Sequence record: DRR723986_562
Reading direction: 5' to 3' (one strand)
Length of the DNA stretch: 64,000 nt
A program made the translations under genes and the position numbers. Of this stretch, positions 19,893-29,421 are shown in pieces (the first letter of the stretch is position 1; each line of letters opens with the position of its first letter). The notes beneath the pieces were generated by a model. The model did no database searches. It saw only the letters and a program-made list of their open reading frames with translations, and was not told where the DNA came from.

Positions 19893-21161
19893 ATGTCATT
19901 CGACAAACTTGGACTACAATCTGAACTACTTAAAGCACTTGATAAAAAAGGCTATACTGAGCCATCTCCTATACAAAGTAAAGCAATTGGCCCTATTCTT
20001 CAGGGTAGAGACGTACTCGGCTCGGCTCAAACTGGAACTGGAAAAACGGCAGCTTTTACCTTGCCAATGTTGCAAATTTTGAATAAAGCACGTCAAGGTG
20101 GAAAAAGAAAAGTAAGAGGATTAGTGCTGACGCCTACAAGAGAGTTAGCAGCTCAAGTTTATGATAATGTAAGAGCTTACAGTGAGTTTATTGATATCAC
20201 AGCAAGCGTAGTTTTTGGAGGTGTAAATATTAATCCTCAGAAACGGACATTGAAACAAGGAGTAGATATTGTTGTTGCGACTCCGGGTAGATTACTTGAT
20301 TTACACGGTCAAAAAGCAATTAACCTGAGTGAAGTAGAGTTTCTTGTTTTGGATGAGGCAGATCGAATGCTTGACATGGGCTTTCAAAGAGATATCAATC
20401 GGATATTAGCTTTATTGCCTAAGAAACGCCAGAACTTGTTGTTTTCAGCAACATTTTCAAAAGAGATTAAGGCCTTGGCAAATGGATTTTTAGATCGACC
20501 AATTTTGGTTGAAGCAACGCCAGAAAATACGGCTGTAGAGGTAATCGCACAAAAAGTTTATCGTGTCGATAAAAGTGATAAAGCGGCTTTAACGGTTAAA
20601 TTGATATATGAAGGTGAATGGTCTCAAGTATTAATCTTTACTCGGACCAAACACGGTGCTGACCGATTAAGCAGAAAACTAGATAAAAGAAAAATACCTT
20701 CATTTGCTATTCACGGCAATAAAAGTCAAGGTGCTCGAACAAGAGCATTGGCAGCTTTCAAAAAAGGAGAATGTCGTGTTTTGGTGGCTACGGATATTGC
20801 GGCTAGAGGATTAGACATTCCATTGTTACCTCATGTTATCAATTATGAATTGCCTCAAGTACCTGAAGATTATGTGCATAGAATTGGACGTACAGGTAGA
20901 GCAGGGGCAAGTGGTGAAGCCATCTCTTTGGTTGAGGTGAATGAGCTTAAACAATTGAAGGCCATTGAGAAATTAATCGGCAAATCAATTCCCTCTGAAG
21001 AAGTTGAAGGATTTGAACCTACCGATAAACCTTCTGAGAAAAAGCCTCAGCAACAAAATAATCGGAGAAAAGGACAAGGAAATTCCAAGCATAAAAAGAA
21101 AAAAGGAAATTGGGAATCAAAGAAAAAGAACTGGGAACAAAAAAGACCTAAGTCTAAGTAA
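19893..21161 (+). CDS. rhlE: DEAD-box RNA helicase RhlE-like
   Basis: Q motif, [31 protein letters not shown], basic tail; start trimmed to MSFDKL. Confidence 0.92.
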   Translation: MSFDKLGLQSELLKALDKKGYTEPSPIQSKAIGPILQGRDVLGSAQTGTGKTAAFTLPMLQILNKARQGGKRKVRGLVLTPTRELAAQVYDNVRAYSEFIDITASVVFGGVNINPQKRTLKQGVDIVVATPGRLLDLHGQKAINLSEVEFLVLDEADRMLDMGFQRDINRILALLPKKRQNLLFSATFSKEIKALANGFLDRPILVEATPENTAVEVIAQKVYRVDKSDKAALTVKLIYEGEWSQVLIFTRTKHGADRLSRKLDKRKIPSFAIHGNKSQGARTRALAAFKKGECRVLVATDIAARGLDIPLLPHVINYELPQVPEDYVHRIGRTGRAGASGEAISLVEVNELKQLKAIEKLIGKSIPSEEVEGFEPTDKPSEKKPQQQNNRRKGQGNSKHKKKKGNWESKKKNWEQKRPKSK

Positions 21162-21162
21162 T

Positions 21163-22254
21163 CTATTCGATTACTATTTTCCGAGTATAAGTTGTCGAAG
21201 AATCTAAAGTGGTCAATTTCATTAAATAAAGACCTGATTCGAGACCCGATACATCAATTGAATTTCCTTTATCAGAAATCATAAGTTGAAAGCCAAGATC
21301 ATAGATTTCGATTTCAAAAGTTAAATCTGAGGCTATATTAATCAATGTGGAGGCTGGATTAGGGTAAGGTAATATCTCTGATTTCTCTAAGCCTTTATAG
21401 CCAGTAAAACCAGTAAAACTCAACCTATGCAGTTTAGAACTGCCAGTAAAATTCAATTCAGTGGTTAAATAATGCTGTGTTGCTGATATCGAACTGATTC
21501 CTTCTAATTGTGAAGATCCATTTAAAGTAATGTCGTAACGGTTGATTTGACCTGATGAAAAATTGGGACTCGTGTATTGATCAATTGTTAATATAAACGG
21601 ATTAATCGTAGCGTACCCACACAAGATGATTTGATTTGAATTAGAATCAAAAGAAGCTCCACCAACTAAGCCTTGACTATCGATACTGTCAATCTTCACG
21701 GCTGAATGTGTACCAGGTAGGTTGGATAAACTGTAAATATTCGTTTTACTATCTATCCAATTCTTAGTAAAAATAGTTAAGCTGTCACCTAAAGCAACAA
21801 AGGCTTCTGCGTCATAATTTGTATTGAATTGGTTGGATGTAAAGTCAGTTTGATCTGAATAACTAAAGTTGATGGTGTCAGTGCTAATGGTATCGTTTAA
21901 ACTTGAGAAATAATCTGAAATAGAACAACGATAAATTCTTAAATCAGTTCGGTTGCCATTGTTGTTGCCAAAATCTCCGATATAAATATAAGTATCATCA
22001 CAGGCAAGGTCTTCCCAATCCGTATGAACCGCATTTTCAATGAATACTGTTCTTGAAACCATTCCTGTCAGGCTATCAATTTCATACAAAAAGGGACCAT
22101 CTCCCGAGTCGTTGTGCGTGATGATCTTGCCATTCAAATATAATAGACCAGAAGATTCCTCAATAGAACCATTGAGGTTGCATAAGTCAATTGCTTGTTG
22201 CGAATAACTGATAGTTGTAACAAGCAGAGTTAGAATTACTAAGAGGTTATTCAT
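21163..22254 (-). CDS. T9SS type-A secreted beta-propeller-like protein
   Basis: Signal peptide; ESSGL, THNDSG, DWEDLA, YIGDFGNN, YDAEA; CTD YPNPAS...GLYLMK...RKIVIE. Confidence 0.85.
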   Translation of the reverse strand: MNNLLVILTLLVTTISYSQQAIDLCNLNGSIEESSGLLYLNGKIITHNDSGDGPFLYEIDSLTGMVSRTVFIENAVHTDWEDLACDDTYIYIGDFGNNNGNRTDLRIYRCSISDYFSSLNDTISTDTINFSYSDQTDFTSNQFNTNYDAEAFVALGDSLTIFTKNWIDSKTNIYSLSNLPGTHSAVKIDSIDSQGLVGGASFDSNSNQIILCGYATINPFILTIDQYTSPNFSSGQINRYDITLNGSSQLEGISSISATQHYLTTELNFTGSSKLHRLSFTGFTGYKGLEKSEILPYPNPASTLINIASDLTFEIEIYDLGFQLMISDKGNSIDVSGLESGLYLMKLTTLDSSTTYTRKIVIE

Positions 22255-22786
22255 TCCATTTAGGATTTAACTTCAAAATCACTTTATAAATCGGACAGTT
22301 GTCATCATGTGCACCTTTTAAATAGCCGGTGCTCATTAAAAATTCGTTGGTTATCTCACCACCTGTGAATTTAAAAGTTTTCTTAAACAATTTAACCCAT
22401 TCATCTTTTGTCAGAGGGTGCATTTTATCTAACCAATTTTTAAATGAGCCGTGCTCTTTTTGGAGGGCAATAATCTGCTGGGCATTGTAAATTGCTGCGT
22501 TAACTTTTAGTTTATTTCGGATGATGCTAGCATCAGCTAGTAATCGTTCCCTATCTTTCTCGGAGTAATTGGCGATTTTTTGAATATCAAAATGGTCATA
22601 GGCCCTGCTGAAATTCTCCTTTTTAGCCAAAATGGTACTCCAGGATAGGCCAGCCTGATTAATTTCTAAGATCAATCTACCAAACAATTTATTATCATCC
22701 TCAATAGGAAAACCATATTCAATGTTATGGTAAATCTTGTGCAGGTTGTCTTCAGGGAATTCGGCGCAATAGGTACAGTATGACAT
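22247..22786 (-). CDS. tag: DNA-3-methyladenine glycosylase I
   Basis: YH..EYG, LEINQAGLSWSTILAKKENF, IIRNKLKV, C-terminal HxxxC. Confidence 0.93.
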   Translation of the reverse strand: MSYCTYCAEFPEDNLHKIYHNIEYGFPIEDDNKLFGRLILEINQAGLSWSTILAKKENFSRAYDHFDIQKIANYSEKDRERLLADASIIRNKLKVNAAIYNAQQIIALQKEHGSFKNWLDKMHPLTKDEWVKLFKKTFKFTGGEITNEFLMSTGYLKGAHDDNCPIYKVILKLNPKWNE

Positions 22787-22788
22787 AA

Positions 22789-23919
22789 TTATTGTACTTT
22801 GTCTAAGCTAACCACAGTGCCTGATTTTCTGACACGAGCTATATAAACATCTCCCAAATTCATTTTATTCCATTCACTGAACCCTAGGTCATATTCTAAT
22901 TGACTAAATTTTGATTCTACGATTGGTTTTAAATGAACTGTGTAAGATTCCGATTCGTCACCGACTCTTTCATTATAACTCAAGTTGTATTCAGGCCACG
23001 AGACATTTTTTGTCGTCCCACTGCTCTCTGGAGACCGCACTTCGTTCCATCTGTCGATTTCGTAAGTATACCAATAATCATAAACGGGTTCTGTTCTGTA
23101 TACTTTACGCTCTACTTCTCTGGTGCCGGTTTGTTGTGATTCATAAATCGGTTCATCACAATATTGGGTTTCAAAATATCCATTTCCTTTATCAATGGTT
23201 CCGCATTCCACCTGCTGTGTACCTACCTGAACATCTTCGTAAATCGGTTCTTCTTCCCATTCAGAATGGTCGTAAACCTCTTTAGTTCCATGTTGTTTTT
23301 TGACTCTACTCTTTTGTCTTCCTCCAGAAGGGATATCCCATCCTTGTTCAGTAACAGTTTGTTTTTCTTCAATTACCACTTCACGTTCCCATGTAAAACC
23401 AGCAACTTCTACTTTTAGGGCTTCAGTTTTAAAATACTGCGCATAAATGAACCAGATAATGAGTACAGCAGCTAGAACAATTCCACCAATTTTTAAATAT
23501 TTCCCGATTTTCGACTTTTTCTGAGAAGATGTTACCGTTTTAGGCTGATAACCTGTAGGCGTTTGTCCTTTGGCGTATTTTTTGGTAGACAATTCACCGC
23601 CTAAATTGATCCATTTTTCGTATTCGGTATCTCTTACTTTATCACAATGAACGCATATGTCTGAACTTGCCTTGTTATCATAGTTACAATGCATGCATCT
23701 CCAATTTGCTCCTGATTTCGCATCTAAAATTGAAGCTTGGTCATGAACCACTTTTGCTCCTTTCGGTAAATAAAACTGAACATTTTTAGGCCTGTGTTTA
23801 TTACATTTCTCACACAATAACGCAGGTCCTGGATTTTCATGATTGCAAGCACCTTCACCAGATAGATCAATATGCGTACATCTCCATTTTCCTTCTTTGA
23901 AAACAGTATTTTTAGCCAT
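22789..23919 (-). CDS. Membrane-anchored protein with two RanBP2-type zinc fingers
   Basis: WRC...CNHENPGPALLCEKC and WRCMHCNYDNKASSDICVHC, one TM segment, beta-rich C-terminal part. Confidence 0.75.
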   Translation of the reverse strand: MAKNTVFKEGKWRCTHIDLSGEGACNHENPGPALLCEKCNKHRPKNVQFYLPKGAKVVHDQASILDAKSGANWRCMHCNYDNKASSDICVHCDKVRDTEYEKWINLGGELSTKKYAKGQTPTGYQPKTVTSSQKKSKIGKYLKIGGIVLAAVLIIWFIYAQYFKTEALKVEVAGFTWEREVVIEEKQTVTEQGWDIPSGGRQKSRVKKQHGTKEVYDHSEWEEEPIYEDVQVGTQQVECGTIDKGNGYFETQYCDEPIYESQQTGTREVERKVYRTEPVYDYWYTYEIDRWNEVRSPESSGTTKNVSWPEYNLSYNERVGDESESYTVHLKPIVESKFSQLEYDLGFSEWNKMNLGDVYIARVRKSGTVVSLDKVQ

Positions 23920-23973
23920 GAGTAGAGTTTTTCATTTGATTCCTGCTTAAATATAATTAATGTTGGCTAAATC

Positions 23974-24504
23974 TCACTGCCATTTCCAATTGGTAAATGA
24001 TTCAATCTTCACATTGATCTTGTCTAAACAATTAAGTAGATCATTCTCATTGATGCCAGATTTTGGAATAATTAGCGAATTGCCGTTCGAGATTTTTAAA
24101 AAGTAATGGTTTGGAATTTCAGCAGCACCCTCAATTTCCGAATTTTTCACTTTCCCTTCGCCAGTACTATCTTTTAGAAATATATGATTAGTATTAAATT
24201 CTATAAACTCAGCCTTGCCCACACGACTGCTGTAATTTTCGCGAATAAATTTTATGTAGTGTTTTTTAAATTTCCATCTGAAGTAGGTTGGATAAAAAAT
24301 TGCCACTATAGCAGTTACAATAGCTAAATAAACAGTCATTGGAGTATTTTCTTCGCGAACAAAATAAAGCGTGCCCATCAGTGCGAAAGTTGTTAATATC
24401 AGCCAGCCAGTTTTTTTTCTTTTTTTGATTCGATCGGATTGCGAAGCCGTAAAAAGTTGAAACTGAAGATAGTCATCTTCCTGTAAGGTATATCTGAACT
24501 GCAT
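23974..24504 (-). CDS. YcxB-like membrane protein
   Basis: Two TM segments and a C-terminal YFLK...SLIIPK motif. Confidence 0.75.
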   Translation of the reverse strand: MQFRYTLQEDDYLQFQLFTASQSDRIKKRKKTGWLILTTFALMGTLYFVREENTPMTVYLAIVTAIVAIFYPTYFRWKFKKHYIKFIRENYSSRVGKAEFIEFNTNHIFLKDSTGEGKVKNSEIEGAAEIPNHYFLKISNGNSLIIPKSGINENDLLNCLDKINVKIESFTNWKWQ

Positions 24505-24513
24505 TAAACTATT

Positions 24514-24906
24514 TTATTTTTCTAAATTACTTTTTTTAGCGAGAGTATACAGGAAAATAAAATCAAATATTCCCCAACAAAAGGCTAAGAAAATCCCAAT
24601 AAAAATTAGATAGGGATGCTGTTGTTCTTCTGGATTGGATAACAGCCAAAAAACCAAGATTCCAAGAAGGATAAAAACCCATTTTCCGAGACCAGAAAGG
24701 ATACCGTATTTATAGTGCTTTAAGTGGAAAAATCCGATTGAAGTTCCCCAAAAACTAAGAGCAAATAGAATCATGATGACAATTCCTAAAGAAGAATTAA
24801 ATAGGGTTGTAGTTTCTGTTAATTGTTCGAGCAAGGCAGAGCCTATCCATGCTGGAACTAAACTGCTAGCGGTAGCAATTAAAAGCGTTGCTTTTGTCTG
24901 CGACAT
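24514..24906 (-). CDS. Hypothetical 4-TM membrane protein
   Basis: 130-aa hydrophobic ORF within the operon. Confidence 0.65.
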   Translation of the reverse strand: MSQTKATLLIATASSLVPAWIGSALLEQLTETTTLFNSSLGIVIMILFALSFWGTSIGFFHLKHYKYGILSGLGKWVFILLGILVFWLLSNPEEQQHPYLIFIGIFLAFCWGIFDFIFLYTLAKKSNLEK

Positions 24907-24911
24907 GCTGT

Positions 24912-25412
24912 CTATGCCAGATAAGCGGTTTCGTTTTCTCCAAACTCAACCAAAATGTTATCCTGTAAAGTAGTAGAAATGTTCACGCCAACAAAGTCAG
25001 CCTTAACTGGGAATCTTCTGTGTGTTCGGTTTACGAGTGTCGCAACCTTGAGGCTTTTTAATTGGGTTGCCATTAATTCTCTGACCGCATATATTAAAGT
25101 CCTTCCCGAATTAATCACGTCATCCACCAAAATCACTGTGCAGCCTGTAAGTTGATTAACATCAATCGAGAAAGTAATATTCGAATCCAAAGGGTTTTCT
25201 TTATCCATTTTTATATTAAAAATCTCAAAATCTTGATTCCCGTGCAGATTCAATTGTGTTAACAACCTTTCGGCAAATACATAGCCATTTCCTTCAATAC
25301 CGGCAATGTAAATTTTACTTTCTTCAAAAGTGTTCTCTAAAATTTCAAAAGCAATCCTTTCGGTTTTTTGAATGATTTGAGATTTGGTTAAAACGACTGA
25401 TTGTGCATCCAT
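24912..25412 (-). CDS. PyrR-like phosphoribosyltransferase family protein
   Basis: RIAFEILE, PRPP loop VILVDDVINSGRT, LVNRTHRRFPVKADFVG. Confidence 0.85.
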   Translation of the reverse strand: MDAQSVVLTKSQIIQKTERIAFEILENTFEESKIYIAGIEGNGYVFAERLLTQLNLHGNQDFEIFNIKMDKENPLDSNITFSIDVNQLTGCTVILVDDVINSGRTLIYAVRELMATQLKSLKVATLVNRTHRRFPVKADFVGVNISTTLQDNILVEFGENETAYLA

Positions 25413-25416
25413 AATT

Positions 25417-25424
25417 CAAAGATA
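25417..25424 (-). promoter_or_regulatory. Bacteroidota housekeeping -7 box TATCTTTG
   Basis: Perfect TAnnTTTG 4 nt upstream of ATG 25412. Confidence 0.6.
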
Positions 25425-25454
25425 AAGGCTTTTACGAATTATCATATTTTGAAT

Positions 25455-25485
25455 CGTGAATAACTTATTTCAAAACTGTGGATAA
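25455..25485. promoter_or_regulatory. Two DnaA boxes (degenerate CGTGAATAA and perfect TGTGGATAA)
   Basis: 25455-25463 and 25477-25485, same orientation, in the PRT/carB divergent region. Confidence 0.55.
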
Positions 25486-25524
25486 CATTCGTTTTTTGTT
25501 AACGAATCTCCAGAATATTCTACT

Positions 25525-25532
25525 TAAATTTG
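25525..25532 (+). promoter_or_regulatory. Bacteroidota -7 box TAAATTTG (carB promoter)
   Basis: TAnnTTTG 31 nt before the carB ATG. Confidence 0.6.
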
Positions 25533-25563
25533 CAGGCAATTTAATTGCAACAAAAATCCCCCT

Positions 25564-28377
25564 ATGCCAAGAGATAATAGCATAAAATCCATCCTTATAA
25601 TCGGAAGTGGACCGATAGTTATTGGTCAAGCTTGTGAGTTTGATTATTCAGGTTCTCAAGCCTCTAAATCGTTAAGAGACGAAGGAATTGAAGTGACCTT
25701 AATCAATAGTAATCCGGCAACAATTATGACGGATCCAGTAATGGCAGATAATGTTTATTTAAAGCCATTGACTCCAGAATCGATTGTAGAAATTCTTGAA
25801 AAGCACAAAATTGACGCAGTTCTTCCAACTATGGGAGGTCAAACGGCTTTGAATTTAGCTATTAAGTGTGATGAGATGGGAATTTGGGAAGAACACGGTG
25901 TGAGAATCATAGGTGTAGATATTGACGCCATTGAAATCACAGAAAACCGTGAAGCCTTTAGAGATTTGATGGAAACCATTGATGTTCCTATGGCGCCTCA
26001 AAAGTCTGCTAAATCTTTCTTAGAAGGGAAAGGTATTGCACAAGAATTTGGATATCCTCTCTGTGTAAGAGCTTCTTATACGTTAGGAGGAGCAGGAGCA
26101 GCGGTTGTTTATAATGAAGAAGATTTTGATAAACTTCTAACAAGAGGATTACATATTTCACCTATTCATGAGGTGATGATTGACAAAGCACTCATGGGCT
26201 GGAAAGAGTATGAGTTGGAATTGTTAAGAGATGCCAATGATAATGTTGTGATTATCTGTTCGATTGAAAATTTTGATCCAATGGGTGTGCATACAGGAGA
26301 TTCAATAACTGTTGCACCAGCAATGACCTTATCAGATACTACATTCCAAAAAATGCGTGACATGGCCATCAAAATGATGCGTAAGATTGGAAATTTTGCG
26401 GGAGGATGTAATGTACAGTTTGCGGTTTCTGATGATGTTAACGAAGATATCATTGCTATTGAGATCAATCCAAGAGTATCTAGATCTTCTGCATTAGCTT
26501 CTAAAGCAACTGGTTATCCGATAGCCAAAATAGCGGCTAAATTGGCAATTGGTTATCATCTAGATGAACTGAAAAATCAAATTACTAAAACCACTTCCGC
26601 ATTATTTGAACCTACTTTGGATTACGTAATTGTTAAAATTCCACGTTGGAATTTTAGCAAATTCGAAGGAGCTGATAAGCATTTGGGACTTCAGATGAAA
26701 TCAGTTGGAGAGGTGATGGGAATTGGTAGATGCTTCCAAGAAGCTTTACAAAAGGCTTGTCAATCTCTTGAGATCGGAAGGAACGGATTGGGGGCAGATG
26801 GCAGAGAATTAACTGATCAAGATAAAATATTATATAGCTTAGAGCATCCATCAGGAGATAGATTGTTCCATGTTTATGATGCTATTAAATTAGGAATTCC
26901 ATTTAAAAAGATCCACGAAAAAACAAGAATTGATCCTTGGTTCTTACGTCAAATTGAAGACTTAATTTTACTTGAAAAGGTAATTCAAAAACATACAATA
27001 GCCGATATCCCGAAAGAATTGATGTTTGACGCTAAGCAAAAAGGGTATGCCGACAGACAAATCGCTCATTTATTGAGATGTTTAGAGTCTGAAGTCTATT
27101 CGAAGCGTGAGGAAATGGGAATCAACAGGGTGTATAAATTGGTAGATACTTGTGCTGCCGAGTTCGAAGCGCAAACGCCTTATTATTATTCGACATTCGA
27201 AGAGGAGAATGAATCTATTGTTTCAGATAAAAAGAAAATAGTTGTTTTAGGTTCAGGTCCAAATAGAATCGGTCAAGGAATTGAGTTCGATTATTCTTGC
27301 GTTCATGGAGTTTTGGCAGCGAAAGAAATGGGCTATGAAACCATCATGATCAATTGTAATCCTGAAACAGTTTCAACTGACTTTGATACAGCAGATAAGC
27401 TTTATTTTGAGCCGGTATTCTGGGAGCATATTTACGATATTATTAAGCATGAGAAACCAGAAGGTGTAATCGTACAATTGGGTGGTCAAACTGCTTTAAA
27501 ACTTGCTGAGAAGTTAGAACGTTATGGTATTAAAATCATGGGTACTTCTTACAATGCACTTGATTTAGCTGAAGATAGAGGAAGATTCTCAACCTTGTTA
27601 AAAGACTTAGGAATTCCTTATCCAAAGTTCGGTGTAGTTGAATCAGCAGAGCAGGCATTAGAATTGGCAAAAGATTTAGGTTATCCTCTATTGGTAAGAC
27701 CTTCATACGTATTAGGTGGTCAGAAAATGAAAATTGTGATCAATGATGAAGATTTAGAGCATCATGTGGTAGACATTTTAAATGAAATGCCGGATAATCA
27801 AATTCTTTTAGATCACTTTTTAGGTGGTGCAATTGAAGCCGAAGCGGATGCCATTTGTGACGGTGAAAATGTAAAAATCATTGGTGTGATGCAGCACATA
27901 GAGCCTGCCGGAATTCATTCTGGCGATTCATATGCAGTATTACCTCCGTACAATTTAGGAGATTTAGTTATGGCACAAATCGAAGACATCACGAATAAAA
28001 TTGCGGTGGCTTTGGAAACGGTTGGATTAATAAACATTCAGTTTGCCGTAAAAGATGATAAAGTTTATGTGATTGAGGCCAATCCTAGAGCGTCAAGAAC
28101 TGTTCCTTTTATTGCCAAGGCGTACCAAGAACCTTATGTAAATTATGCTGCTAAAGTAATGATGGGAGCGAAAGTGACAGATTTTACTTTTAACCCTGTG
28201 CAAGAAGGATATGCTATTAAGGTTCCGGTGTTCTCGTTCGATAAATTCCCTAATGTGAATAAGGAATTAGGACCTGAAATGAAATCAACAGGTGAAGCAA
28301 TTGAATTTATTGATAACCTTAGAGATCCTCTTTTTCAAAAGATCTATAGTGAGCGTAATCTTTATTTGAGCAAGTAA
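25564..28377 (+). CDS. carB: Carbamoyl-phosphate synthase large subunit (short form without MGS domain)
   Basis: GSGPIVIGQACEFDYSG, GSGPNRIGQGIEFDY, two ATP-grasp domains, ends shortly after LGPEMKSTGE. Confidence 0.97.
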   Translation: MPRDNSIKSILIIGSGPIVIGQACEFDYSGSQASKSLRDEGIEVTLINSNPATIMTDPVMADNVYLKPLTPESIVEILEKHKIDAVLPTMGGQTALNLAIKCDEMGIWEEHGVRIIGVDIDAIEITENREAFRDLMETIDVPMAPQKSAKSFLEGKGIAQEFGYPLCVRASYTLGGAGAAVVYNEEDFDKLLTRGLHISPIHEVMIDKALMGWKEYELELLRDANDNVVIICSIENFDPMGVHTGDSITVAPAMTLSDTTFQKMRDMAIKMMRKIGNFAGGCNVQFAVSDDVNEDIIAIEINPRVSRSSALASKATGYPIAKIAAKLAIGYHLDELKNQITKTTSALFEPTLDYVIVKIPRWNFSKFEGADKHLGLQMKSVGEVMGIGRCFQEALQKACQSLEIGRNGLGADGRELTDQDKILYSLEHPSGDRLFHVYDAIKLGIPFKKIHEKTRIDPWFLRQIEDLILLEKVIQKHTIADIPKELMFDAKQKGYADRQIAHLLRCLESEVYSKREEMGINRVYKLVDTCAAEFEAQTPYYYSTFEEENESIVSDKKKIVVLGSGPNRIGQGIEFDYSCVHGVLAAKEMGYETIMINCNPETVSTDFDTADKLYFEPVFWEHIYDIIKHEKPEGVIVQLGGQTALKLAEKLERYGIKIMGTSYNALDLAEDRGRFSTLLKDLGIPYPKFGVVESAEQALELAKDLGYPLLVRPSYVLGGQKMKIVINDEDLEHHVVDILNEMPDNQILLDHFLGGAIEAEADAICDGENVKIIGVMQHIEPAGIHSGDSYAVLPPYNLGDLVMAQIEDITNKIAVALETVGLINIQFAVKDDKVYVIEANPRASRTVPFIAKAYQEPYVNYAAKVMMGAKVTDFTFNPVQEGYAIKVPVFSFDKFPNVNKELGPEMKSTGEAIEFIDNLRDPLFQKIYSERNLYLSK

Positions 28378-28634
28378 TGATTTTGTTGAGTATCTCAGGC
28401 CTTTTTAGAACGGTACTCATAATCTTGGGTGTGTTGTTTTTGCTCCAAATTATCGGCAAAATGATGCAGGCAAGAAGAAATATTGCAGCTGAAGATCAAA
28501 TGAAGCGTGAAGAGGCTGCCGCTCAAAGACTAAAGTCAGAATCTAAAAAGAACTTTGGAAAGACCACAATTTCTAAGCCTGATTCGAATAGTATTAAAGG
28601 TGAATTCACTGATTACGAAGAGGTAGAAGAATGA
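28377..28634 (+). CDS. Small membrane protein (DUF4834-like)
   Basis: N-terminal TM, C-terminal GEFTDYEEVE motif. Confidence 0.75.
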   Translation: MILLSISGLFRTVLIILGVLFLLQIIGKMMQARRNIAAEDQMKREEAAAQRLKSESKKNFGKTTISKPDSNSIKGEFTDYEEVEE

Positions 28635-29416
28635 AATTACTTAGAAAAATTTTAGTCAAAATACTTGGTCTTCGTGGCTATTTAAGATTGGTCTCGAAAT
28701 CCTACATTCGAATGATTTCTTGGGGGTGGATGAAAGAAAAATACGCCGAACTTCATTTTATCAAAAAAATTGTAAATGACGGCGATTCTGTTTTGGATAT
28801 CGGTGCCAATTTGGCCTATTACTCTACGTTAATGGCACAATGCGCTGGTAAAAATGGTCAACTAATAGCTGTTGAACCTATTCCACTTTTTGCAGAAGTT
28901 TGGAAGAAAAATATGAGTGGTTTGGCCACTTTGAATCCCATTTTAGAGAATTGTGCATTAGGCGATACAGCAAAAGGAGCTGTTAAGATGTCTATTCCAA
29001 TTGTAAATGGTGTGGTAAGGCATGGTTTAACTAAAGTAGTAGAAGAAGGAGATACGGAAGAAACGGTCATGTCATTTGATGTACCCATGCGAGTGGGAGA
29101 TGAGCTGATCAGCAGCAATAATATTGAAACATTGGATTTTATTAAATGTGATGTCGAAGGCTACGAACAGTTTGTAATGCCTTCGTTGGATAAGACATTG
29201 AACAAATTGAAGCCCATGATTCAAATTGAATTAAGCGGTGAAGAGAATCGAAAAAATGTAGCTGAGTACCTTGTTAAATTAGGTTATCAAATTTTTATTT
29301 TGAAGGGAGAATTACTCCATTCTATTCAAAAAAGTGATATTTTTAGCGTCAATCAAGATTTTTACTTCATTCATTCTGATAATAAAGAGTCAAGAAGTAA
29401 ATTGATTCACAAGTAA
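28631..29416 (+). CDS. FkbM family methyltransferase
   Basis: VLDIGAN, AVEPIP, DFIKCDVEGYE. Confidence 0.9.
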   Translation: MKLLRKILVKILGLRGYLRLVSKSYIRMISWGWMKEKYAELHFIKKIVNDGDSVLDIGANLAYYSTLMAQCAGKNGQLIAVEPIPLFAEVWKKNMSGLATLNPILENCALGDTAKGAVKMSIPIVNGVVRHGLTKVVEEGDTEETVMSFDVPMRVGDELISSNNIETLDFIKCDVEGYEQFVMPSLDKTLNKLKPMIQIELSGEENRKNVAEYLVKLGYQIFILKGELLHSIQKSDIFSVNQDFYFIHSDNKESRSKLIHK

Positions 29417-29421
29417 AGTTT

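Noticed and set aside
6771-22786. ogt and tag as one alkylation-repair island
   Set aside because: About 15 kb apart in unrelated operons, with no shared upstream motif seen
22911-23418. Short plus-strand ORFs opposite the zinc-finger gene
   Set aside because: No recognisable motifs; fully antisense to a better-supported CDS
25440-25563. Possible oriC or PyrR attenuator
   Set aside because: Only two DnaA boxes in a 151-nt gap; no terminator/antiterminator pair or PyrR-binding loop downstream of the -7 box
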